A stretch of DNA of 64,000 nt from Gemmatimonadales bacterium (GTDB taxonomy: Bacteria; Gemmatimonadota; Gemmatimonadetes; Gemmatimonadales; GWC2-71-9), in the NCBI GenBank assembly GCA_035637455.1, contig DASPXE010000305.1, forward strand, positions 3,253-67,252. The letters are read 5' to 3'. Positions 44,058-52,123 of this stretch are shown piece after piece (the first letter of the stretch is position 1; each line of letters opens with the position of its first letter). A model generated the notes under the pieces. It made no database searches and was not told where the DNA came from. It was given only the letters and a program-made list of their open reading frames with translations. The position numbers were made by a program, and so were the translations under genes.

Positions 44058-45893
44058 CTAGCGCAGGTCGCGGATGTCGGCGACGCGCCAGCCGTCGGGC
44101 GTCTTGGTGAAGCGGATCGCCTGGCGCCGGCGGGTCTCGCTCTGGGCGCCGCCGCCCGCCGGCACATAGGTGTATAGAGTCCGTACGGTGGCGTGCGCCT
44201 CGTCCCCGCGCACCGTCATCCCCTCGATCGCATAGCGCGCCGTGAGGCGGGTGTAGCGCTGGAAGAACTGCACCCACCCCGCGACGTCCCGGTCCACCAT
44301 GCCGGGCATCAGCACCTGCAGGTTGCCCACGCGCTCGCTCGACACGGCGCGCTCGAGGTCCTGGAGCAGCACCGGAATCGCCGCGCGCGGGTCGGGGGGC
44401 TGGGGGCTCGGCGGTGCCACGCCCGCCGCCACGCCGACCTGCTCGGCGTCGAGCGCGGCCAGCTTCGCCAGCGTGAAGTCCATCGCCATAAACAGCGATT
44501 CGGCGCGCGCCAGCGACGTGCCCGCGCGCCCTGCCTCCGGGCGGGTCGCCAAGGCGTGCACCACCGGCGTCGCCCGGGCGATCGCCTGCTGCGCCTCCCG
44601 CCGGAGCCCGTCCGCTTCGTGCTGAGCCTTCTGGTATTGCGTGACCGCGCTCAAGTAGCCGCTCCCCGCGTGCGCCTGGTCGCCCGCCCGCACGGCGCGC
44701 TCGGCGTTCTGGAGCACCGTCTCGGCGAGCAGCAGCGACGGCACGTTGTTCTTCATCGCGCCGGCGCGGTGGGCTCGGTCGCGGGCGGCCAGTGCTGAAT
44801 CACGTTGCGCGGTGAGGGCCGGGTTGAGCCCCGTCGGCAGCGGATAGGCGAGCAGCTGGTCGACGGTGGCCGTGGCATCGGTTCCCAGCGGCGCCGCGAC
44901 GGGCGACGGCGAGCGCGACACGTACAGCAGCACCAGGGCGGTCACCATCAGCGCCGTCAGCACCGCCGCCCGCCACTTGAGCGGCGCGTGAGTCACCAGC
45001 CGCAACGCCGCGGCCGGGATCGGCGTCCAGCGCGGGGCCAGCAGCGCCGTGGTCTCGGAAGCGCCGGACAGCGCCGCCCGGATGCTGGACAGGGCGGACT
45101 GCATGTGGCGCGCGGTCTCGTACCGATCCTCGGGCACCTTGTTCTGGGCCTTCGCCACGACGCGCTCGAGCGACGTCGGGATCGACGCCGTCAGGGTGCG
45201 GAGCGGCTTGGGGTCGGTGGTGAGCACCTGGTACAGCACGCCGTGCACCGTCTCGCCCTCGAACGGTTTGCGGTAGGAGAGCAGCTCGTACAGCAGGCAG
45301 CCCATGGCGAACAGGTCGGTGGCGGGAGTGATGGGCCCGTTCGTGATCTGCTCGGGCGCCATGTACGTCGGCGTCCCGACGATGGCGCCCGAGCCGGTGA
45401 CGTCGGCCGACTGCAGCCGCGCGATGCCGAAATCCATGATCTTCACCGACCCGTCCGACGCGATCCGCACGTTGGACGGCTTGATGTCGCGGTGGATCAC
45501 GCCGCGTCCGTGGGCGTAGGAGAGACCCTGCAGCACCTCGATGGCGATGTCGAGCTTGCGCTCGAGGGTGAGCGCTTCCTGCTGCGCGATCAGGTGACTC
45601 AGGTCGCGTCCGTCCACCAGCTCCATCGCGATGAACAGCTGGCCATCGGCTTCGCCGAGGTCGTAGATCGTGACGATGTTGCGGTGCTGCAGGGCGCCCG
45701 CCGCGCGCGCCTCCCGCAGGAACCGAGCGCGCGCGTCCTGGGTGCGGCCGATGGCGCTGCTCAGGATCTTGAGCGCGACGTAGCGGCGGATGACCGAGTC
45801 GTACGCCTTCCACACGGCACCCATCGCGCCTTCTCCGATGAGCTCGTGCAGCTCGAATTTCCCGACTCTGCGATACTGATCGGTGCGGGCCAT
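44058..45893 (-). CDS. Ser/Thr protein kinase with one TM segment and NTF2-like C-terminal domain
   Basis: GEGAMGAVW, VALK, HRDIKPSNVRI, DFGIARL, GTPTYMAPEQ. TM segment WRAAVLTALMVTALVLLYV. The C-terminal tail is paralogous to that of the 5419 kinase. Confidence 0.88.
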   Translation of the reverse strand: MARTDQYRRVGKFELHELIGEGAMGAVWKAYDSVIRRYVALKILSSAIGRTQDARARFLREARAAGALQHRNIVTIYDLGEADGQLFIAMELVDGRDLSHLIAQQEALTLERKLDIAIEVLQGLSYAHGRGVIHRDIKPSNVRIASDGSVKIMDFGIARLQSADVTGSGAIVGTPTYMAPEQITNGPITPATDLFAMGCLLYELLSYRKPFEGETVHGVLYQVLTTDPKPLRTLTASIPTSLERVVAKAQNKVPEDRYETARHMQSALSSIRAALSGASETTALLAPRWTPIPAAALRLVTHAPLKWRAAVLTALMVTALVLLYVSRSPSPVAAPLGTDATATVDQLLAYPLPTGLNPALTAQRDSALAARDRAHRAGAMKNNVPSLLLAETVLQNAERAVRAGDQAHAGSGYLSAVTQYQKAQHEADGLRREAQQAIARATPVVHALATRPEAGRAGTSLARAESLFMAMDFTLAKLAALDAEQVGVAAGVAPPSPQPPDPRAAIPVLLQDLERAVSSERVGNLQVLMPGMVDRDVAGWVQFFQRYTRLTARYAIEGMTVRGDEAHATVRTLYTYVPAGGGAQSETRRRQAIRFTKTPDGWRVADIRDLR

Positions 45894-45965
45894 GCGGCTC
45901 GGAAGTGGGACGGACTGAACAATGTGCGCGGCTCGGGCTGACGGGGCAACCGGGCGAGCGACTTT

Positions 45966-47150
45966 TCAGCGTGCGGCCCAGTCGTAGATGCGCCCGAGCA
46001 TGGCCCGGATCGCGTCGTCCACGGCGACGTCCCGGCGGGGCAGCACGCGCTCGGCGATCTTGAGAAAGCCTTCTTTCGTGAGCCGCACACCGGCCGCAGC
46101 GGTCGCCTCGCTCACTCCCCACGCGAGCGGCGGCACGTATTTGGGCGGGCGCACCGCGCCGAACACGTTGGCGCCGACGCCGATCACGGTGCCGGTGCCG
46201 AGCAGTGTGCCGATCGCCGTCTTGGCGTGGTCGCCGATCAGGCTGCCGAGGTTCGTCAGGCCGGTCTCGATCGCCGCCCCGGCGACATCGAGACGCACCG
46301 AGCCGTAGGTGTTCTTCAGGTTTGAGGTGATCGTGCCCGCGCCGAGGTTCACCCAGCGACCAATCACGCAGTTTCCGACGAAGCCGTCGTGCGCCTTGTT
46401 GGCATAACCGAGGAAGAGACAAGACGCGAGCTCCCCGCGCACCTTGCAGTGCGGGCCGATGGCCGACGCCCGGATCGGGCCGCCCAGCAGATGGGTGTTC
46501 GCGCCCGTCCACAGCGGCCCCTCGAGTCGCGTGCCCGAGCGCACCTCGACTCCGCTCTCCAGCACGACCGGCCCCTGCCGAACGTCGAAGACGACGCCCG
46601 GTTCTACGGCGGTGTCGTGGAGGCTGATCCAGGCAGGGTCCCCCAGCACGATGCTGCCCGCCGGGATCGGGTCGCTCTCGCCGAGCCACGCGCCCAAGTC
46701 TTCGGCGAGCAGCGGCTCGAGCACTCGGACGAGATCGTACGCCCCGTGCAGCACGACGCCCGGCACCTCGACACTCGCCGCGTTCGCCTGCGGCCCGTCC
46801 CACGTCGCTCCGGGCCCGACGCCCCAGCCCACGGTGACGCCGCTGCAGCTGAGGCGGAACGCGGCCGGCGGCAGCGGCGGCGCCAGACCGCGCGGCACGA
46901 ACGTCGACGACCCGATGAGGGCCGGCCCCGCCACCGGGCGCCGCGCGCCCACCGCCGGGACGCCGGGCTCGACGAACCCGGCCAAGTGGGGGAGGGCGAA
47001 GATCGTCGTCGTCTCCGTGCCCGCGAACGCTTCCCATCGCTCCCGGATCAGGTGCGCGCCGGCGCGCAGCTCCGCGATCGGTCGGGCCCCGGCGAACGGC
47101 GCCCACCCAGGCGACGGGTCCGGATCGAGCAGGTACAGGGCGTGGTTCAC
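45966..47150 (-). CDS. putative sugar nucleotidyltransferase with C-terminal left-handed beta-helix (GlmU/hexapeptide-like)
   Basis: GTG 47150 forms a GTGA overlap with the upstream gene. Hexapeptide-like region GPHCKVRGELASCLFLGYANKAHDGFVGNCVIGRWVNLGAGTITSNLKN...IGDHAKTAIGTLLGTGTVIGVGANV. Confidence 0.6.
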   Translation of the reverse strand: MNHALYLLDPDPSPGWAPFAGARPIAELRAGAHLIRERWEAFAGTETTTIFALPHLAGFVEPGVPAVGARRPVAGPALIGSSTFVPRGLAPPLPPAAFRLSCSGVTVGWGVGPGATWDGPQANAASVEVPGVVLHGAYDLVRVLEPLLAEDLGAWLGESDPIPAGSIVLGDPAWISLHDTAVEPGVVFDVRQGPVVLESGVEVRSGTRLEGPLWTGANTHLLGGPIRASAIGPHCKVRGELASCLFLGYANKAHDGFVGNCVIGRWVNLGAGTITSNLKNTYGSVRLDVAGAAIETGLTNLGSLIGDHAKTAIGTLLGTGTVIGVGANVFGAVRPPKYVPPLAWGVSEATAAAGVRLTKEGFLKIAERVLPRRDVAVDDAIRAMLGRIYDWAAR

Positions 47151-48157
47151 AGGCGCTGCACGAGCTCTTTGAGCCGCTCCGCGCGGCCGGTTGGCATCAC
47201 GAGCGTGTGTCCGTTCGCGCGCACCACGACCATGTCCTCGACGCCCAGGACGGCGAGGTGCTCGTTCTCGGACCAGATCACCGAGCGCCGCACGTCGTCC
47301 CCCAGCATCACGTTGCCCACGACGACGTTGCCACGGGCGTCGGGTCGGCGGATGCGGAGCAACGAGTCCCACGACCCGATGTCGTCCCAGCGAAACGTGC
47401 CGGCGACGACCGCCAGCCGTTTGGTGCGCTCGAGCACCGCGACGTCCACGGCTACGGGCTGCACGGCGCCGAAGAAGCCGGCGATGTCCCCCGCCGACAG
47501 CTTAGGCCACCCGGCCTTGAGCTCGCGCGCATACGCGCCCGCTTCTCCCAGGAAGCGCGCCACGCCCCACGCGAACAGGCCTGTGTTCCAGAGCGCGCCG
47601 CGCCGCCGCAGCAGCGCCGCGCGCGCCGCGCTCGGCTTCTCTACGAAGCGCCGCACGGCGCGGGCGCTGCCCAGCGGCTTGCCGGGGACGATGTAGCCGT
47701 AACCGGTGTCGTTGCGGGTCGGCGTGACGCCTACCGTGACGAGCGCGTCGTACTCGTGCGCCACGCCGAGGGCGTTGCGGGCGGCGGAGCGGAACGCGCG
47801 GTCATCGCCGACCGCCCAGTCGGCGTGCAGCGACAGCATTTGTGCTCCAGGGTCGCGTTGCGAGATCCACTGCGCAGCCCACGCCAGCGCTGGAGCGGTA
47901 GACGCCGCCCGCGGCTCGGCGAGGATCTGGGGCCGCGGGATCTGCGGTACCGCGGCGGCGACCTGGTCCACGAGGAAGGGCCCCGTGAGAATCAGGACCC
48001 GCTCGGCGGGCACGAGCCCTTCCAGTCGCTCGACCGCCTGGACCAGCAGCGGCCGATCGCCGGCCAGCGGTAGGAGCTGCTTCGGGCGCTGCGGCGTCGA
48101 TAGGGGCCAGAAGCGTGTACCCGACCCGCCCGCGAGGATCGCGGCCCAGGCGCTCAC
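47147..48157 (-). CDS. manC: mannose-1-phosphate guanylyltransferase (nucleotidyltransferase domain only)
   Basis: AAILAGGSGTRFWPLSTPQRPKQLLPL is the typical NDP-sugar pyrophosphorylase N-terminus. 336 aa without a cupin/PMI domain. Confidence 0.7.
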   Translation of the reverse strand: MSAWAAILAGGSGTRFWPLSTPQRPKQLLPLAGDRPLLVQAVERLEGLVPAERVLILTGPFLVDQVAAAVPQIPRPQILAEPRAASTAPALAWAAQWISQRDPGAQMLSLHADWAVGDDRAFRSAARNALGVAHEYDALVTVGVTPTRNDTGYGYIVPGKPLGSARAVRRFVEKPSAARAALLRRRGALWNTGLFAWGVARFLGEAGAYARELKAGWPKLSAGDIAGFFGAVQPVAVDVAVLERTKRLAVVAGTFRWDDIGSWDSLLRIRRPDARGNVVVGNVMLGDDVRRSVIWSENEHLAVLGVEDMVVVRANGHTLVMPTGRAERLKELVQRL

Positions 48158-48576
48158 GCCGACTCGCCCAGCGGTTGTGGCGGGGGATGGGGGGGGGAGT
48201 CGCCCAGCAGCGCCGCGATGCGCGCGATGAGCTTGGTGGGGCTGAAGGGTTTGGTCAGGAGCGCGGAGCCGAGCCCCTGCGCCTCGTCCAGGATGCGCTC
48301 CTCGCCCTCGGCGGTCAGGACGATGACCGGGAGGGTTCGCGTGGCCGTGGCGCGCCGCAGGTCGCGCAGCAGGTCCAAGCCGGAGCCGTCCGGGAGGTGG
48401 AGATCGAGGAGCAGGGCGTCCACCGGCAGCCGGGCATCCCCGAGCACGCTACGCGCCTGGGCCAGCGTGCGGGCCAAGCTGACCCGATAGCCGACGTGCT
48501 CGAGGTGGGGCCGGAGGAGGAGCCCGATGTGCGGCTCGTCATCCACGACGAGGAGGTGCCGCGGAGTCGCTGCCAC
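48154..48576 (-). CDS. single-domain response regulator (receiver only)
   Basis: HLLVVDDEPHIGLLL, phospho-acceptor LLLDLHLPDGSG, VIVLTA, KPF. GTGA overlap with manC. Confidence 0.85.
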   Translation of the reverse strand: MAATPRHLLVVDDEPHIGLLLRPHLEHVGYRVSLARTLAQARSVLGDARLPVDALLLDLHLPDGSGLDLLRDLRRATATRTLPVIVLTAEGEERILDEAQGLGSALLTKPFSPTKLIARIAALLGDSPPHPPPQPLGESA

Positions 48577-48591
48577 GCCGCCGGCTTCCGC

Positions 48592-48945
48592 TCAGAGGAG
48601 GCCGGCGATGGCCGAGCGGTGGCGGCGCAGATCGTACAGCAGCCCGCCCACGTTGGTGGACGGCTGCACGAGCACGACGAGCAGAGCGTCGGCGTTGAGC
48701 ACGGAAACCACCGCGAGCCCGCCGCCGAACTCGAGCACGCCGGTGCCGAACTCCCCGCGCCCCGCCGCTTCACCCAGCTGGGTCATGCCGTTGATCACCG
48801 AGGGGAGCAGGGCGGCGACGTTTTCGGGGTCGACGCCGTTGCGGGCGTGAGATTGGATGGGCAAGCCGTCGCGGCCGACGACCACCACGGCGTCCACGCC
48901 GGGACCCCGGCTGAGCGCCTCGACCACTTCCCGGATCGTCGCCAT
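48592..48945 (-). CDS. Roadblock/LC7 (MglB-like) domain protein
   Basis: 117 aa. Length and pattern fit Roadblock/LC7: GVDAVVVVGRDGLPI...ENVAALLPSVINGMTQLGEAAGRGEF...LEFGGGLAVVSVLNADALLVVLVQPSTNVG. Confidence 0.7.
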   Translation of the reverse strand: MATIREVVEALSRGPGVDAVVVVGRDGLPIQSHARNGVDPENVAALLPSVINGMTQLGEAAGRGEFGTGVLEFGGGLAVVSVLNADALLVVLVQPSTNVGGLLYDLRRHRSAIAGLL

Positions 48946-48954
48946 ACGGCGGCC

Positions 48955-48983
48955 AACCTAGGAGTGGGTGCGAGTGAAGTCAA
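48955..48983 (-). promoter_or_regulatory. candidate promoter of the Roadblock operon
   Basis: On the reverse strand: TTGACT (48983-48978), 17-nt spacer, TAGGTT (48960-48955). The ATG at 48945 is 9 nt after the -10 element. Confidence 0.5.
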
Positions 48984-48997
48984 GCAGCGATCGCGGG

Positions 48998-49027
48998 TTG
49001 ACCCACTCGGACGGCGTCCAGTATCTT
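48998..49027 (+). promoter_or_regulatory. candidate promoter of the lipoprotein-serS unit
   Basis: TTGACC (48998-49003), 18-nt spacer, TATCTT (49022-49027). The ATG at 49039 is 11 nt after the -10 element. Confidence 0.5.
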
Positions 49028-49038
49028 CCCCGCACCGC

Positions 49039-49629
49039 ATGCCACCCCGCTGCCGTCTTGTCGCGCCCACCGTTGCCGTCGCCGGGCTCGCCCTGCTCGC
49101 TGCCGCGTGTAGCGATACCACGGGACTGCCGGCAGCGGTCATCGACAATGTGGTCGACACGGTGTCGTTGTTCGCGTTATTCGGCACGCCGATCTCGACG
49201 CCGTCCGCCTACGATCTCAACAGTCGGCTCGGCGGCGCTGCCGCGAATGCATTGGTGCGCACTGACCAGGCGTCGGCGTTCGATTTCGCCTTCAACTTCG
49301 ACTCGCTGCGACGCCCGGTGCTGCTCCCGCCCGGCGCCGTCGGGCTCGGTCAATCGTCGGGGCTGCAGCGCGCGAGCCTGCCCTTCGACGCGATCACGGT
49401 GGCGCCGACCGGCGGGTATGTGTTCGACCAGCCGCTGGTGGTGGACACGGGGACGGTGGCGGTCGTGCGGTCGCGCCCCACCAACTGCCTGTTCGGCGTC
49501 ACGGTGTTTCTGTACGCCAAGCTGCGGGTGGTCGCGATCGACACGACCGCGCGGCGCATCGACTTCCGGATTCTGGTCGACCAGAACTGCGGCTATCACG
49601 GTCTCGCGCCGGGCATACCGACTCAGTAA
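49039..49629 (+). CDS. lipoprotein, unknown function
   Basis: In-frame part of ORF 48115..49629 from ATG 49039. Lipobox VAGLALLAAAC. Beta-rich mature part. Confidence 0.6.
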   Translation: MPPRCRLVAPTVAVAGLALLAAACSDTTGLPAAVIDNVVDTVSLFALFGTPISTPSAYDLNSRLGGAAANALVRTDQASAFDFAFNFDSLRRPVLLPPGAVGLGQSSGLQRASLPFDAITVAPTGGYVFDQPLVVDTGTVAVVRSRPTNCLFGVTVFLYAKLRVVAIDTTARRIDFRILVDQNCGYHGLAPGIPTQ

Positions 49630-49632
49630 TCC

Positions 49633-50919
49633 GTGATCGACCTCAAGCTGCTGCGCGCCTCGCCCGACCAGGTGCGGTCCGCGCTCGCCCGCCGCGGCGA
49701 TGCGAGCGTCACGAAGCTGCTCGACGAGCTCGAAGCGCTCGACATCCGCCGCCGTGCGCTCACGGGCCAGCTCGACCAGCTGAAGGCGGAGCGCAACGAG
49801 TTCGCGAAGACCGACGCGCAGCTCGTGAAGCAGCACGGGAAGCTGTCCCCGGAAGTCGTCGAGCAGCGCCGACAGCACGGTCAGCGGATCACCGCCCTCG
49901 AGCACGAGCTGGGTAACATCGAGTCCGTGCTCGACGCGAAGGTGCTGTTCGTCCCCAACCCGCCGCTCCCCGAGGTGCCGGACGGCGATGCGCGTCACAA
50001 CAAGGTGATGCGCGCGTGGGGCGAGGCGGTGCCGGCCAGCGGGCCGCCGCACTGGGAGATCGCGGAGCAGCTCGGGCTGGTGGATTTCGTCCGCGGCGCC
50101 AAGCTGGCGGGGTCGGGGTTCCCTGTCTTCGTCGGGCATGGCGCCCGGCTCGTGCGCGCGCTCATCAACTTCATGCTCGACCTGCACGCGCGCGAGCACG
50201 GCTACGTCGAGGTCGAGCCGCCGTTCCTCGTACGGCGCGAGATCATGCAAGGCACGGGGCAGCTCCCCAAGTTCGAAGCGGACGCATACCGCACCGATCC
50301 GGACGACTTGTTCCTCATCCCCACGGCGGAAGTGCCGGTTACGAACCTGCTGCGCGACGAAGTCGTGGACGGCGCGACGCTGCCGCGCGGCTACGTGGCG
50401 TACACCCCCTGCTTCCGCCGTGAGGCCGGCGCTGCGGGAAAAGACACGCGCGGGCTGCTGCGCGTGCACCAGTTCGACAAGGTGGAGCTCGTGCGGTTCA
50501 GCCGCGCGGCCGAGTCGGCGGCGGAGCACGAGCGGCTCACCGGCCACGCCGAGGAGGTGCTGCGGCGGCTCGCGCTGCCCTACCGCGTGGTGTTGCTCGC
50601 GGCGGGAGACCTGGGGTTCGCCAGCGCGAAGACGTACGATCTCGAAGTGTGGGCGCCGGGCGTGGGCGCGTGGCTCGAGTGCTCGAGTTCGAGCACGTTC
50701 ACCGATTTCCAGGCGCGCCGCGCCAACATCCGCTGCCGGCCGCAGCCCGGCGGAAAGGTCGAGTTCGTCCACACCCTGAACGCCTCCGGTGTGGCACTGC
50801 CGCGGACCATCGCCGCGCTGCTCGAGACGCACCGGCAGCCAGACGGCTCCGTCGTCCTGCCCCCGGCGCTCGTTCCGTATGCGGGGACCGACCGCTTGGC
50901 TCCGGCCGGTGGCGGGTAA
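49633..50919 (+). CDS. serS: seryl-tRNA synthetase
   Basis: MIDLKLLRASPDQVRSAL, coiled-coil arm, class II motifs FLIPTAEVPVTN, CFRREAG, RVHQFDKVE, GSGVALPRTIAALLE. Confidence 0.93.
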   Translation: MIDLKLLRASPDQVRSALARRGDASVTKLLDELEALDIRRRALTGQLDQLKAERNEFAKTDAQLVKQHGKLSPEVVEQRRQHGQRITALEHELGNIESVLDAKVLFVPNPPLPEVPDGDARHNKVMRAWGEAVPASGPPHWEIAEQLGLVDFVRGAKLAGSGFPVFVGHGARLVRALINFMLDLHAREHGYVEVEPPFLVRREIMQGTGQLPKFEADAYRTDPDDLFLIPTAEVPVTNLLRDEVVDGATLPRGYVAYTPCFRREAGAAGKDTRGLLRVHQFDKVELVRFSRAAESAAEHERLTGHAEEVLRRLALPYRVVLLAAGDLGFASAKTYDLEVWAPGVGAWLECSSSSTFTDFQARRANIRCRPQPGGKVEFVHTLNASGVALPRTIAALLETHRQPDGSVVLPPALVPYAGTDRLAPAGGG

Positions 50920-50932
50920 CGCTGGACGCGCG

Positions 50933-52123
50933 GTGCGGTCGGCGGGGAAGGGGCCGCGCGCCGTGCTTGCCTTGGCGCTGTTCCTGGGGGGAATCACCGT
51001 CGGCTACGCGTGGGTCGTGGCCCGTCACCTGCGGGACGACGCCCGCGACACGAGCCGGCTGTTGGGGCGCGTGTTCGCCGGCCTCAACGACCCGCGGCCC
51101 GACGCCGCGACGGACGCGCTGCTCGATCTCGCGGCCCAGGTACGCGGGCTCGGCATTCCCATCGCGGTGACCGACACTGCCGGCCGCATCAGCGCGATGG
51201 CGAACGCGCCGCTGGCGCCGAACGCCGACAGCGTCACGCAGCGCCGCTGGATCACCCAGCTCGACGCCGTGAACACCCCGATCGTCCAGCCGGGCGTCGG
51301 CACGATTCACTACGGTCCGCTCCCGGCCGCCCGCCGGTTCACCGTCCTCGCCGTGCTGGAAGGCGCCGTCTTCTTCTGCCTCGCCCTCCTGGCGGTGTGG
51401 GCGTACCGCTCGCAGGTTGCGGCGGCGCGGGACCGGCTCTGGGTGGCGATGGCCCGCGAGTCAGCCCACCAGCTCGGCACCCCCTTGATGAGCCTCACGG
51501 GATGGATTGCCTACCTGCGGGAAAACCCGGGTACACCGGTCGGCGAGCTGGCCGATCATCTTGAGGCCGATGCGGAGCGCCTCGAGCGGGTCGCCAAGCG
51601 CTTCGAGCGGATCGGCCGGCCCGCGCGCCGTGAGCCCGTCGGCCTCGGCGCGCTCGCGGAGCGGGTGGTGAGCTACTTTCGCCCCCGCATGCCGACGCTC
51701 GCGAGCCCGGTGACGCTCACGCTCGTCGCGACCGGCCCCGGGCCCACGGCGCTCGGCGACCCGGTGCTGGTCGAGTGGGCCCTCGAGGCGGTGATCAAGA
51801 ATGCCATCGATGCGCTCTCGGGACGCGGTGGACGCATCGCCGTTACCGTGGACGCGCTCGGGGCTGCCGCCCGCATGAGCGTGTACGACGATGGTCCCGG
51901 GCTGTCCCCGGAGATCCGCGGCCGCCTGTTCGAGCCGGGCGCGTCCACCAAGGCCGGCGGCTGGGGGATCGGGCTCGCGCTCGCGCGCCGCATCGTCGAG
52001 CAGCAGCACGGCGGGCGCCTGTCCTACCATCCGGCGCCCGATGGGCCCGGCACCGTGTTTGTATTGGAGTTCCCGTTGGCGCCCTCCCCGGGGCCCGGGA
52101 CCCGGGGGCCGGGACCCGTATGA
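50933..52123 (+). CDS. sensor histidine kinase
   Basis: Two TM segments flank a periplasmic region of about 120 aa. H-box ARESAHQLGTPLMSL, N-box VIKNAIDA, DDGPGL, GWGIGLALA. The start is uncertain: GTG 50933, or GTG 50909 overlapping serS. Confidence 0.8.
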   Translation: MRSAGKGPRAVLALALFLGGITVGYAWVVARHLRDDARDTSRLLGRVFAGLNDPRPDAATDALLDLAAQVRGLGIPIAVTDTAGRISAMANAPLAPNADSVTQRRWITQLDAVNTPIVQPGVGTIHYGPLPAARRFTVLAVLEGAVFFCLALLAVWAYRSQVAAARDRLWVAMARESAHQLGTPLMSLTGWIAYLRENPGTPVGELADHLEADAERLERVAKRFERIGRPARREPVGLGALAERVVSYFRPRMPTLASPVTLTLVATGPGPTALGDPVLVEWALEAVIKNAIDALSGRGGRIAVTVDALGAAARMSVYDDGPGLSPEIRGRLFEPGASTKAGGWGIGLALARRIVEQQHGGRLSYHPAPDGPGTVFVLEFPLAPSPGPGTRGPGPV

